Assembly (NCBI RefSeq): GCF_006345805.1
Contig: NC_042999.1
Location: forward strand, 45,632,001 to 45,696,000
Direction: 5' to 3'
DNA length: 64,000 nucleotides
Source: Octopus sinensis
Taxonomy: Eukaryota
Positions 1-11,809 of this stretch are shown here, piece after piece. Positions within the stretch are counted from its first letter, which is position 1; the number at the start of each line of letters is the position of its first letter. The notes under the pieces were generated by a model. It made no database searches, was not told the DNA's origin, and saw nothing but the letters and a program-made list of their open reading frames with translations. Made by a program: the position numbers and the translations under genes.

Positions 1-125
1 TTCAGCCTATTACATTTGAATATATCTATCAAATGCCTTTACTTTGGCGCGTTGAGGCCCGAGAAAACTAGCCTGCAGCTAATAATTAGCAGCAGTCAAT
101 TTATCGGTTAGAGAACATATTTATT

Positions 126-833
126 TATATAAAATTAATTAAGGGTAGAAATTGATATTTATCAATTAAGACCAGTGGTCTAGCATATTAAAAAAGAATC
201 CGAAGATTAAAATATTTATATATACCAATTAAGGACTGAACACGAAAAGTGGACAGTCAACATGCTAGATATAGACGTCAAATCGCCATTCACCACAAAA
301 GATTATGTTCTCAGCTCAAACTCAGCACAAAACCATAGCAATAAACAAGTGAAAAATATACGAAATAAAATAATTACCCATGTACTAATTAGTTTCGGCT
401 GTTCGCCAAAGTAAAGGCATTTGATAGATATATTCAAATGTAATAGGCTGAACTCCATGCACGCGATATTTCGGTATCGTGTTTGCATCTAGTCCAGCAA
501 ATTGCATTTATAACGGACCATGCTGATGATGGCTGCAGTTTTCCTTGCGGAAAATAACAGCCGAAACTAATTAGTACATGGGTAATTATTTTATTTCGTA
601 TATTTTTCACTTGTTTATTGCTATGGTTTTGTGCTGAGTTTGATCTGAGAACATAATCTTTTGTGGTGAATGGCGATTTGACGTCTATATCTAGCATGTT
701 GACTGTCCACTTTTCGTGTTCAGTCCTTAATTGGTATATATAAATATTTTAATCTTCGGATTCTTTTTTAATATGCTAGACCACTGGTCTTAATTGATAA
801 ATATCAATTTCTACCCTTAATTAATTTTATATA
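126..833. mobile_element. Penelope-like/retrozyme-like element with 278-bp inverted arms (126-403 and 556-833) and a hammerhead ribozyme; 404-452 is also the reverse complement of 1-49
   Basis: The arms are reverse complements with one mismatch seen (ctcagCtcaaac vs ctcagAtcaaac). The right arm ends in (TA)n. An HHR lies at 518-581. Inverted 5'-truncated copies are typical of PLE pseudo-LTRs. No ORF homology seen. Confidence 0.7.
518..581 (+). ncRNA. Type I hammerhead ribozyme, complete consensus
   Basis: Stem I CCAUG(518-522)/CAUGG(577-581); core CUGAUGA (523-529) plus one extra U; stem II GGCUG(531-535)/CAGCC(558-562) extended by UUUUCC-UUGC-GGAAAA; GAAA (563-566); stem III palindrome ACUAAUUAGU (566-575); cleavage triplet GUA, cut predicted after 576. 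Confidence 0.88.
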
Positions 834-849
834 TATATATATATATACA

Positions 850-1000
850 ATAGTTGGAATTTACAAAAAACAAAAGATGAAGATAGGTGTGTAAACAAAA
901 ACAGGTGTATTAGTTTAACATTTGGGAAGGTGAGAAAGTCTTGTATGTTTTGAGCCTATGCTCTTCAACAGAAAGGAACATGAGAAAATAAACAGAAATG
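850..1000 (-). mobile_element. PLE-type terminal repeat family 2 with a decayed hammerhead-like motif (938-977)
   Basis: Minus strand reads tccttt-CTGTTGA-a-GAGC atag GCTC-aAAAC-ata-caagac. Homologous to 8553-8745 and 30575-30712. The 3' end abuts (TA)n. Confidence 0.5.
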
Positions 1001-1084
1001 TGTGTGTGTGTGTGGTTCAAATGTACAGAAAACAATAGACAAAGATAGGTGAGAGAACGACAAATAAGTGTATTAGTTTGACAT

Positions 1085-1742
1085 GTATGTGTGTGTGTGA
1101 GTTTGTTCTTGTGTTTGTCTCCTACCACTGCTTGGTAACTGGTGTTGGTTTACTTACATCCCTATAACCTATCTGTTCAGGAAAAGACTCCGATAGAATA
1201 AGTATCAGGCTTTAATATAAAGATACGTGCTGGGGTTGATTCTTTCAACTAAAACCTTCCAATGACTAAAACAGGAAAAAGATAAGAAGCCTGCTTCCCA
1301 ACCACATAGTTCTGGATTCAATCCCACTGCATGACATCTTAGGCAAGGGTCTTCTATAGCTTTGGGCTAACCAATGGCTTGTGAGTGGATCTGGTAGATG
1401 GAATATGGAAGAAGCCTGTTGTACATATATATATATATATGTATATATATCTATCTGTGTGTTTGTGTCTGTGTTTGTCCCCCACCCCTGCTTGACAATC
1501 AGTGTTGGTGTGTTTATGTTCTTGTAACTTAGCAGTTTGGCTAAAGAGATTGATAGACTAAGTACCAGGCTTAAAAACAGAAAAAAAATCAGTACCTGAG
1601 TTGATTTGTTCGACTAAAATTCTTTAATGGTGGTGCCCCAATGTGGCCACAGCTCGTGCGCTGAAACTAGATGAAATTAAAAAAAAAGCCAGTGCTCTTG
1701 TTTGGTCACAGTCTACTGACTGAAACAATAAAAGATGAAAGA
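1085..1742 (+). mobile_element. tRNA-derived SINE family A (Octopus OK/OR-like): a 3' half followed by a near-complete copy
   Basis: Matches the family A pattern seen many times in the window: ccaaccacatggtt..gttcartcccactgc, internal (TA)n(TG)n, tail ggtgcyccagcatggcc-cag-N-ctgaaac. Confidence 0.8.
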
Positions 1743-3108
1743 CATATCCAGCCATCCTTTTGTATTGAGTTCAAATCCTGCTAAAGATGACTTTGATTTT
1801 CATCTCCAGACTGATGTTAAAATAAACACCATTATTTATTATATCAAGTTGCATCCTTTCTTCATAAACTGTTTGGTTTTGTGCCAATGCTAGAAGACCT
1901 TGTTAAGTAGTAACAAAGATATATTTGCTGAATAGTTTGAATGATAGATGAATGATTCTAGGTTATGGGTCCAAACGTTGTAACTAAATTTGAATGTTGT
2001 CCCTGGACAAGGTATTTATTTATTCCCCACCTCTTTAATGGTCTATTTAGTTTAGCCAGTAAGTATCACCCTATGGTTGAGTTTTGAAATTAGATAGGTC
2101 ATTCATCTATAAGAATCTTTCCTTCAGTAATTCACGAAACTAATGATATCAAAATAGGTGTGAACTGTTATTACAAGAAAAGTATTGAGTCGGAACTGAG
2201 AAATGAATTGTTAGTTTTGCATTTATTAACTGTGATACAGATGTTAAAGGGTTTTTTTTACTTAAACCTTAGCTCAATTTTTTTTATCCTTCTTCATTTT
2301 TATTTTGTTAGTTTCTTATCTATTCTCACTTGAATGAAGATCAAAATGATTTATGAGGGATTAAAGACAAAACTATAGGTCACTGAACTACTTTTCTTCT
2401 CTTGTTTTGTGTTTTTCCCAAATCTTCGCTCCTTATTTTACTTTATTTTATTTTTCATGATGGAAGGACTTCTACTTTATTATACATTTGATTCTCTCTT
2501 TCTTTCTTCCTCTCTTCATGTATCATATCTACGGCTGTCAAAGATCATGGACCTCTGTGTGCCAAAGTCCGAAGATTTATAATTTTTCTAGGGAAAGATA
2601 CAGTAGTACTGGTTTGTTTAGAATTTACTCTTCTAGTCACCCGCTCTTCTGAGTTTATTGCTTGAAATACAGTGCCTTTTTAACCCTTAGTTGGTGGAAC
2701 TGGTTCACATAATATCAGGGCATCTTCAAACGCCAGTGGGCTTGTATGGTACATGTCTAAGGGAAAGGTCAGCCCCACTTCTGAGTTCTGAATACCTTAG
2801 CCACAGCACCGACCATCTGCTATTTCCTCTATAACCAAAGCTCTAAAGGGGTACTGCTACCCTGGTCAAAAGTTGACCTGGGAGTATTGCTGGCTTAGAG
2901 ATAACTCCTTACTCCTCAATACTCCTGGAGTGAAGCTCCATCTAAGGAGGTTCACCACAGAATGCAGTTTAATGTTTCACCCAGGACAAAAGTGTTGCAT
3001 TTCATCCTTTCAGGGTTAATGAAATATGTACCAGTTGTGCACTAGGGTCAATGTAATTGATGCACCTCCTCCACCAACATTTCAGGCCTTGTGCCTGTAG
3101 TAGAAAGG

Positions 3109-3144
<36 letters not shown>

Positions 3145-3214
3145 TTGATAATACTTAGCCTCCACTCCCTGCAAAAATTTTCTAGATTGTGTGCCTATAG
3201 TAAAAAGAAAGATT

Positions 3215-3730
3215 ATTATTATTGAGTGAGAGAAGAATGCATGCCGTCAAAGTGACACTGGGGTACAAATATACGAAGCCCAATGTACCCATCGTGACTA
3301 TCCATCTGATAAGAGTACACAAAGCATATGCATCACAACCATATGTGTGTGACATGGTAACCTTGTATCAAGATAAACAGTGCATGAACTGGCAAGTGAG
3401 ACCCAGTTAGAATTTTCTTCAGATTAAGTTGCCCATCCTGTTCAAAAGGTCCATGAATGAAGGTTCTTTAAGGATGATGAACGAAATACCCATGCTTCTG
3501 GAGGTGAATTATTCAAACCCCAAAGAATTCCTCTCAATACATGGCTTTGATGCTCCTCCATATTCCTGCTCATGATCAGAGATGCACATATGCTCAGCTA
3601 CCAAGGGACATGCTCAACTGGTTAAGGTCAAGCAACTGACAAGCAAGTCTGGTATTGACCAGAATATTTGCTGTAGCCCATCTTTTATACCAATCGGTTA
3701 AGGTCAGAAGCCATGAGAGCCAGTGCCTGG
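3215..3730. mobile_element. Unclassified interspersed repeat, probably retroelement-derived
   Basis: More GC-rich block between (ATT)n and (CAT)n tracts. It resembles an abundant octopus repeat from recall only; there is a single copy in the window. Confidence 0.35.
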
Positions 3731-3799
3731 AACTGCATCATCATCATCATTATCATCATCATCATCATCATCATCATTATTATTATTATCATTATCATT

Positions 3800-4230
3800 A
3801 AGATGGTAAGCTGGCAGAATTGTTAGCATGCTGGATGAAATGCTTAGCAGTATTTTGTATGCCACTATGTTCTGAGTTCAGTTTCTGCTGATGTTGACTT
3901 TGCCTTTCATCTTTTAGGGGTTGATAAATTCCCCGCTTCCCAGAAAATCCTTTGCATCGTGCCTATAGCAGAAAGGATTATTATTATTATTATTATTATT
4001 ATTAAAAGGGCAAGCTGGCAGAATCATTAGCACACTGGATGAAATGCTTAGCGGTATTTTGCCTGTCGCTATGTTCTGAGTTCAAATTCTGCCAAGGTCA
4101 ACTTTTTCTTTCATCCTTTTGGGGGTCAATAAAATAAGTACCAGTTGTGTACTGGGGTCAATCTAATCGACTGGTCCCCACCTAAAAAAAAAAAAAAATT
4201 CGAGCCTTGTGCCTATAGTAGAAAAGAATA
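3800..4230 (+). mobile_element. Two tandem SINE family B copies (MetaSINE-like central domain)
   Basis: agctggcagaat..ttagca..gaaatgcttagc head, ttctgagttcaaattc B-box, core ttgcctttcatccttt-ggggtcgataaa-taagtaccagtt. Confidence 0.75.
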
Positions 4231-4289
4231 AAATAATTACCAGTGAAACACTGGGGTGTTGTGATCGACTTGTCTCCTCACCCACATTT

Positions 4290-4472
4290 CAGTAGTCTAA
4301 TTTTTATCATGTGCTTTCACTGCACTTCTGAGGGCAGCTCTGTGTGCCTTTGGTATGTGCTGTGGTTTGCTGTGATGCTCTTATTTCAGTTTTGAAAGTG
4401 TTTTATGCAGGAAGTTTGCGGGGCCTAGTAGTGCTATTTTCTGTATGTTATATATACTTGTTAGTCCTGGTG
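4290..4472 (-). mobile_element. 3' fragment of an R4/Dong-like non-LTR retrotransposon
   Basis: Aligns with 24671-24855 (3' UTR plus the region encoding IQKIALLGTAHIL) and is bounded by (TTA)n. Confidence 0.75.
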
Positions 4473-4489
4473 TATTATTATTATTATTT

Positions 4490-4900
4490 GGTATGAGTTC
4501 CTTTCTGAATAACTAAGCAATCAATTGATTTCTAAGATTTGCTTTTCTAAAGAAGAACCTTTCATCAAATGCTATGATTCTCTTCTCCTTGAGGCAAACC
4601 AAATTATTCTATTTTGTGAACTTTATTGATCTGCTTTCTCATCGATATTTTTTGAGGGTCTAGTCTGTTATTGTGCTAATTTCTTAAGTAGATGCAGGAT
4701 ATATTTCAGTTCTTCATTCCATAAAACAAGTATACTCCCAGATGCATACATTATTGACAGGAAAGGTTTGAAAAATAAGCAGCAATTATAATATGCTGAA
4801 ATGAATAATTATTGCTTATTTCTGATCAAGCAGACAAAATCAATAGGTCTTCTAGTACTCACCACTCTATCTTTTTTGATATCGAGGTTTACATTGTCCA
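4490..4900 (-). pseudogene. Possible highly decayed Penelope RT C-terminal/linker fragment
   Basis: Interrupted minus-strand peptides (PFLSIMYA..NEELKYIL; FFFRKANLRNQLIA) weakly resemble PLE RT-thumb/linker motifs. Many stops. Confidence 0.25.
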
Positions 4901-5304
4901 GTGTATTTTTAATTTTAAGATGTTAAGGAGATAGTTTGAGGAAAATTTGGTTGCTATTTCTAGCAGATCAAATGTAGATTTCTCCCTAGTTCTCAGATCA
5001 TGAAATATATAGCTGAATAAGAATGATTGCTACTCTTTATTGTAAACTGAAAAGTGTTAGCTCTAGCGAATAAGTTGATTTCAATAGATAAATAAATTTA
5101 TTATTTTGTATTAATTTCGTTTCCACACAAAAAAAAAGAAAAGAAAATGGGAAATCTCATGACCAGTAGTAATATATATTATTTTGTTTTGTATTGTAGA
5201 CATTGTTTTTTTGCCCTACTTTTGTTCTGATACTATGAAAGTAGTATTGTAGTATTGACAACAATCATATATATGTGTGTATGTGTGTGTGTGTGTGTGT
5301 GTGT

Positions 5305-5583
5305 ATCAAACAACACTTCTCCAACTACAGATCCTCCTTCAGGATACCGAAAAGGGGCTTTGTCATGTCATTAGTCAGCCATGTATGGCAACTAATAGAC
5401 GATGGGATTTTATACACAATATCATGAAGAATCCCAGAGAATCCAGGCCCCTACATTAATGGCACCAACTGCTGTAAATTATGCATAGCAGAATGGGTGA
5501 AGATCTTACAGGACTCCCTTGACCCAGGAAACATCCTGAACTCCAGAATGGAGGTTTTCAAATCGTGCTTGCATTACAAACAT
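5305..5583 (+). pseudogene. Penelope-like GIY-YIG endonuclease C-terminal fragment
   Basis: Manual translation IKQHFSNYRSSFRIPKRGFVMSLVSHVWQLIDDGILYTIS*RIPENPGPYINGTNCCKLCIAEWVKILQDSLDPGNILNSRMEVFKSCLHYKH. This matches the PLE endonuclease C-terminal pattern (H-x-W, ISW, CxLC, LNxR, CxH) with one stop. Confidence 0.75.
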
Positions 5584-5603
5584 ACAAATATGCATACATA
5601 CAT

Positions 5604-5634
<31 letters not shown>

Positions 5635-6031
5635 GGTGCAGGCATAGCTGTGTGGTAAGAAGCTTGCTTCCCAACCGCATGGCATGAGGTTCAGTTCCAC
5701 TGCATGGCACCTAACATCAGGCTGACTAAAGCCTTGTGAGTGGATTTGGTAGATGGAAACTGAAAGAAGTCTTTTGTATATATATATATGTATATATCTT
5801 TGTTTATGTGTATGTGTCTTTGTGTTTGTTCCCCACCCCCCATCACTACTTGACAACTGAAGTTGGTATGTTTACGTCCTCGTAACTTAGCAGTTTGGCA
5901 TAAGAGACTGAGGGAATAAGTACTAGGCTTTGAAAATTAAGTCCTTGGGATGACTTGTTTGACTAAAATCTTTGAAAGCAATGCTCCAGCATGGCTGTAG
6001 TCAAATGACTGAAACAAGCAAAAGAATAAAA

Positions 6032-6032
<1 letters not shown>
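5635..6032 (+). mobile_element. SINE family A, full length
   Basis: Head ggtgcaggcatagctgtgtggtaagaagc, B-box-like gagttcagttcc, internal TA/TG tract, tail cagtcaaatgactgaaac. Confidence 0.85.
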
Positions 6033-6068
<36 letters not shown>

Positions 6069-6804
6069 AAAAAGAAGTTTGAAAACACCACTATATAAGA
6101 TAAATTTTAATTTTCTTAGAAATTTTACATGTTTTGGTTCTTCTTGAAAAAAATGACCCTTATCAAAAATATTTTTAAAAGTTAAGTGTAATAAAAAAGT
6201 TCATAATTGTTTCTTACTAGTCTCAACAAAGTCCACGTGGTGGTGTTTTGTGGTGGTGGTGGTGGTGGTGGTGGTGGGGCATAATGCCTGTCTTGTGTGT
6301 TGACTAGATTCGTTGGCTGTAATTGGGGAAAATGTATATATATATATATATATTATATATATATATGACTGTTGAATGTCTAGTGTAAAACATGATGAAT
6401 TTATTAGCTGAAACAATTGAATTGACTCTCTAATGGTTATCAAGATCTTTAATAATACTGTAACATTATAAAACAAAATCCATGACTCAAATTATTGATA
6501 TCAGGTTATTATGGAGATTAAGACTTTCTAGAAGCTGATAAATCTAATTGTTTATATAGATATTTATTTGTACTTGTGTGCGTATGCATGGCTGCATGGT
6601 CAAGAATCTTACTTCATGACCATGTGGTTTTGAGTTCAGTCCTACTGTACGACATCTACTATAGCCCAGGACTGACCAATGCTTTGTGAGTGACTTTGGT
6701 GGACAGAAACTCTTCAGAGTCTCATAAGGTACGTTTGTTTGATGAATTTACAAAATATTCAGTTGGATGTAACCAAATCAAGGGGTTATTAATATATGTA
6801 ACTC

Positions 6805-7025
6805 CTAGGGTGGCAAGCTGGTAGAATCGTTAGCACAATGGGAAAAGTGCTTAGCAGCATTTCATCTCCCTTTACATTCTGAGTTCGGATTCCACTGAGG
6901 TCAACTTTGATTTCATCCTTTCAGGTTTGATAAAATAAGTATCAGCTGACTAATGGAGCTGATGCATTCAATTTACTCCCTCCCCTGAAATTGCTGGCCT
7001 TGTGCCAGAATTTGAAGCCAATATA
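6805..7025 (+). mobile_element. SINE family B
   Basis: ggcaagctggtagaatcgttagcac head, ctttcatcctttcagg core, gctggccttgtgcca tail. Confidence 0.75.
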
Positions 7026-7124
7026 TGTAACTCCTGCCAAATCTGTTAAGTTCCACTTTCTTTCATTTGTCCACTAACTCATGTAAACACACACACACAC
7101 ACACACACACACACCATTATCATC

Positions 7125-7290
7125 ATCATCATCATTTAACGTCCGTTTTCCATGCTAGCACGGGTTGGACCGTTCAACCGGGGTCTGGGAAGCCAGGAGG
7201 CTGCACCAGGCTCCAGTCTGATCTGGCAGTGTTTCTACATCTGGATGCCCTTCCTAATGCCAACCACTCCGTGAGTGTAGTGGGTGCTTT
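7125..7290 (-). mobile_element. RTE LINE 3' end / RTE-tail repeat
   Basis: (CAT)n-ttaacgtccgttttccatgctagc..ggatgcccttcctaatgccaaccactcc, the reverse complement of the RTE 3' terminus at 29640-29806. Confidence 0.8.
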
Positions 7291-7569
7291 TACACATACA
7301 TGTATACTCACTTATGTGTTAGATCATAGTAACTTAATACCTTAACATTTAAACCGGCTATATCTGACCAAAATATTCTATCTGTTTTATCTTTGAACTG
7401 GTCAGCCTACAGTGTCATTTCAAAAATAAACAATCACATCATCAAAATCTCAAAACTTTGGGATAACGCATGATTAATTTGATACAGTAATCAATTAAGT
7501 GTTCACTCATTATCCATTTTAGTGAAGCATCCATATGTACTTGGAGTGTCCAAATGTAGGATTCCAAGC

Positions 7570-7960
7570 AACTATAAGCATCATCATCATCAAATGTCTG
7601 TTGTCCATGCTGGCATGGGTTGGATGAGGCGACTAGAGTTGGCCAGTTGGGTGGGGCTGCACATAACTCTAGTCTGATTTGGCATGGTTTCTATGGCTGG
7701 ATGCCCTTCCTAACACCAGCCACTTTACAATGGAACCGGGTGCTTTTATGTGGGACCACATGGGTGCTTATACATGGCACTGCATGAGCACTTTTATGTG
7801 ACACCACCATGAGTGCTTCACACCACCAAAAGGATCGGTCTTAACCCTTCCGCTGTGGGGTACGGGTCTTCTTGAGTATGGCTAGGCACCAGGTGTCTTA
7901 CTCCTTTGTTATCTCACCTGAAAGGTTCAGCTTCTTGAGGTTGCTCTTCAGTACTTCATC
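7570..7960 (-). mobile_element. Diverged RTE 3' end including the last ORF codons
   Basis: Same RTE tail motif; the minus strand near 7870-7960 encodes a DEVLKSNLKKLNL..DTWCLAILKKTR-like peptide. Confidence 0.55.
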
Positions 7961-8552
7961 ATAGGAACTAATATATAAATCCATTTTCACCTTAATTTCC
8001 CGTAAGACCCCTATCTCAGCCTTTCTGTACCTTTAATTTCTCATCAACTGGCACAAAGCTGTAATTCCTCAATACTACTCCCTACTCCCAAATGAGAAAC
8101 CCTACCAGTGCTAGTACCATGTAAAAATCACCCAGTATACTTTGTAAAATGGCTGGCATTATGAAGAACACCTAAATGTAGAGCTGTTGCCAAATCAGAC
8201 AGTGGAACCTAGTATGGTCCTTGGCCTTTCCAGCTCCTGTCAATCTGTCCAACCCATGCCAGCATGGAAAGCAGACATTAAGTGATGATGACAATGATGA
8301 TAATGATGTTGGTGATCTCTCTCTTACACACACACACAAAACATATGCTTGTATATAATATGTATGTGTGTTTCTCTGCATTGGTTTGTTTATATCATCA
8401 TAAAATAAATACTGGACTTCAAAACATGTCTTGATATCAATTTCATAGACTAAACCTTTTAAGATAATACTCTACCATGGGTGCTGTTTAATAACCAATA
8501 ACTGAAACAAGTAAAAAATAACTTATATGCATATATATATATATATATATAT

Positions 8553-8745
8553 AAAGGGAAAGTTTACGAAAATAAACAAAAGACGAAGGCAGGTGGAGTA
8601 CAAACAAACAAATGTATTAGTATAGCACTCAGGAATAGAAAAAGTCTTTTACGTTTTGAGCCTACGCTTTTCGACAGAAAGATACACAGAAAAAAACAAG
8701 GAGAGAAAAAAATGCATGTAGGAGCTAACGATCTATCATGACGCC
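8553..8745 (-). mobile_element. PLE-type terminal repeat family 2 with a hammerhead-like motif (8644-8683)
   Basis: Minus strand atcttt-CTGTCGA-a-aAGC gtag GCTc-aAAAC-GTA-aaagac. Stem I UCUUU/AAAGA pairs. The 3' end is at (TA)n. Confidence 0.55.
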
Positions 8746-8767
8746 TTGACAGAGAGAGAGAGAGAGA

Positions 8768-8950
8768 GTTGCTGAAAAATTCCCTGGCTTTGTGGGCAAA
8801 AAAGTACAGGAGAATCAGTTAATTATGATTTTACTTCAAATATTTGCCTCTCAGATTCATGCACTTATTGCAGCGGTCCTTCAGAAGTTTAAGCCTCCAA
8901 CCAGGCCTTTCACGATACCCTTAAAGCCAGGAACTTTGCAGCACCCCCCA
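8768..8950. mobile_element. Mariner-derived MITE (about 190 bp)
   Basis: TIR-like ends gctgaaaaattccctggcttt ... aaagccaggaactttgcagcacccc. A second copy lies at 55428-55647 with a shared interior (ctctcagattcat..ttattgcagcgg). Confidence 0.7.
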
Positions 8951-8951
8951 T

Positions 8952-8986
<35 letters not shown>

Positions 8987-9697
8987 TATATACATACACA
9001 CTTCATTTTCATATTTGGTTTGCAAGATTGTTCTTGATGTGAATTTGTGTGTTAAAACAAATATTGTATCTTACTTAGAAGGGTCATTATGCCAATAATG
9101 ATAGTAAACACACAGACTGGTTCAATATCACTTCTTTATCATTAGCTAATTAGTTAGATATCTAACCAACTAACTAATCAATTACTTGTTTATTGTGTCG
9201 GTTAAACAAACAATCGGTTGTTTGTTTTTCAAAGTCCTTTTATTACATTTCATGACCTCATCATTCACATGCCCTCTCTCTTCAAGGCAGTCATGTTACT
9301 AAACCAGTGCATGTGTTTATTATTGATGTAATTAATGATGCTCCCAGGACAGAAGATATATTAGATAAACATAGTTATGGCCGGTCTATGGGGTTACCCA
9401 GGGTTTCACATTTATAAAGCACTTAGCATTACAGCATCTATTCCGACCCTAGTGCTTCTCTTTTGGTTTTATGATTTCCTGACAATACACACACACACAT
9501 ATAGATTGATAGATAGAATATAAAGGAAGTTAGGAGTTATGAGATGAATATATTTATTTCACCAGTTGATATCCATACTATGACAATCATTTTTCAGCCA
9601 ACATTATGCAAAATTAATTTATTTTACTGCATAATGAATTATTTTCCAAGTTTTTTTGTGATTACCATTGGATTATATAATTCCATATATTTTGTGT

Positions 9698-9742
<45 letters not shown>

Positions 9743-9924
9743 GAGAGGTTTTGGTATCCAGAAGACCCAAAATGCAGGTAAGGCTATGTAAGTGCTATGG
9801 AAGGATCACTGTTAGACTCCCAGTTCGATAATAGTATGAGTGATGAGTCTGTGGATCATGTGTGAGTGCATGTATGTTAAATAAAATGAAACAACAAAGC
9901 CAAGGTAGTGTGAAATTTTTAGGA

Positions 9925-9973
9925 CATATCCAGCTGTTTCAGGGATATAGAGGATATCCCATCATCAGAGATG
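9925..9973 (-). ncRNA. Degenerate type I hammerhead motif (family 3)
   Basis: Minus strand catct-CTGATGA-t-GGGATAT cctct ATATCCC-t-GAAAC-AGCT-Gga-tatg. The cleavage triplet has decayed, but an intact 3' half GAAACAGCTGTAagatg occurs at about 47246-47262 (minus). Confidence 0.5.
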
Positions 9974-10863
9974 ATATGAGAGATTTAAATAGAAGGAAAT
10001 ATTAGAGTTCAATATAAGAAGTTATTTTGGAAAGAGAGAGATATATATAGAAAGTATAAAGGAAAATATGAGAATAAAAGTATGTTGGATGTTACAGTTC
10101 CAGTTCCATTATCCAAGGAATGTGCTGTGTAGAATGGGTAAAGAGGCTTCCTGTCCATGGTATGTAAATTCTGATAGGAGTTCATATTTTGTTATTACAA
10201 ATGGATAGTGAGCAGATATTAATTCCATTCAAAGGGATCTTGTAGTGTAAATGAAGTTTTGAGAATATATTGGTAGGGGGAAGTAGATAGAGAGAAGAGA
10301 ATAGATAAGTATGTTAGAAGAAAGAAAAATGGTATTGGTCAAAAGGATTGGGGAAGAAAAGAAGAAAGAAAGAAAGAAAGAGGAGAAAATGAAAAAAGAA
10401 GTGCTAGATAGTGGTCAAGATATTCTGAGGGGGTGGAGAGAGGGAAGCAATCAGATAAAAGGAATAGGAGGAGGGATGGAAGGAAGAGATAAGAATATAT
10501 GTGTGAGATAAGAATATGTATGAGAAGTGGGAGGTGGGGTGACATGTTTGAAAGGCACCAAGGTGGAAGAGATAAATAAAGAATGTGGTATGGGGGTGGG
10601 GTATAAAAGTGAGTTGTAAACCACAAAAAGGAAGGGAAGAAGAAGATATAATGGTCAAGTTTCTAAAAATAGGCACAAGAATATATTGTATTAGCTAAAG
10701 TGATAGTGGGGGCAGATAAATTAGTGAGAGAAAGAAAGATATATACATATAGATATACCTACACGTGCACAGATGCATATATAATTGTGTATATGCACTA
10801 TTATGTAGGCCTGCATGCTCACACTTATATGCATACATATGTACCTATACACATATGCATACA

Positions 10864-10899
<36 letters not shown>

Positions 10900-11809
10900 T
10901 ATACACATACATTATTAAATACACATACATTATTAAATACACATACACATATATATATATATAGTTGTTAAATATTTCATGGCATCAGTGGTTGGGGCTT
11001 TGATTTCACCACTTATATCATATTGCTGGCAATAACAACTGTTTATTTTTCTACCTGAGACCTACATTTAACTGTAGCTTGTTTCCTTTTATGCTGGAAT
11101 ATGGAGAAGACCGTGCCAGGACAGACTGTGTTAACAATCTTTTTATGTTCATTATCTATTATTTTGCAACTTGCAAGCATGTTTCAGTCTTAAATGTATT
11201 GCCAAGGTGCTATACAGAAACAAAAACAAAAACAAATCAATTTTGTTATGAAGCTTGTTTCAAACTTCCTGTTATGACACTTTCATATCTGTTTTGCTCG
11301 AGAATAAAATGGATTGATAAAACTGTATCTAGAAATGCATTTTTTTTTTTTTTTTTACCTTTTAAAGCGAGAGAATATTTTTATTGATTGATAAAAGATC
11401 TACAATCATTCTGTGCCAGATAGTAGCTGTTTAGTAAAGGAGACTGATAATTTAAATGGGCGTGCTGCTCACAGAGTGTGCTACAGTTTGATAAAGGCAG
11501 CTTTTTTGTGTTTATAGTTTGATAAAAACGAATTGCTAAAGATAAATTCTTCGTTATACTTGTTGACAAATCATTAAGATAGATATGGTTAATAGTACAG
11601 AAGCAGTTCTAATTTAGGTTGATCGATTAACAGAATGCTATCTTGCATAGGGTGTGATTTTGTTATTTAATTTTTCATTTGATTTCTAAGCATCTACTTT
11701 TGGTGATACCAGGAAGTGCACCTGTAAAAATTCCAAATTTAATTTATTCAAAGAGCAAATTCTGTTTGTTCGATAGGAAAAATGGCAAGACCTATCTTTT
11801 ACTAAATAC

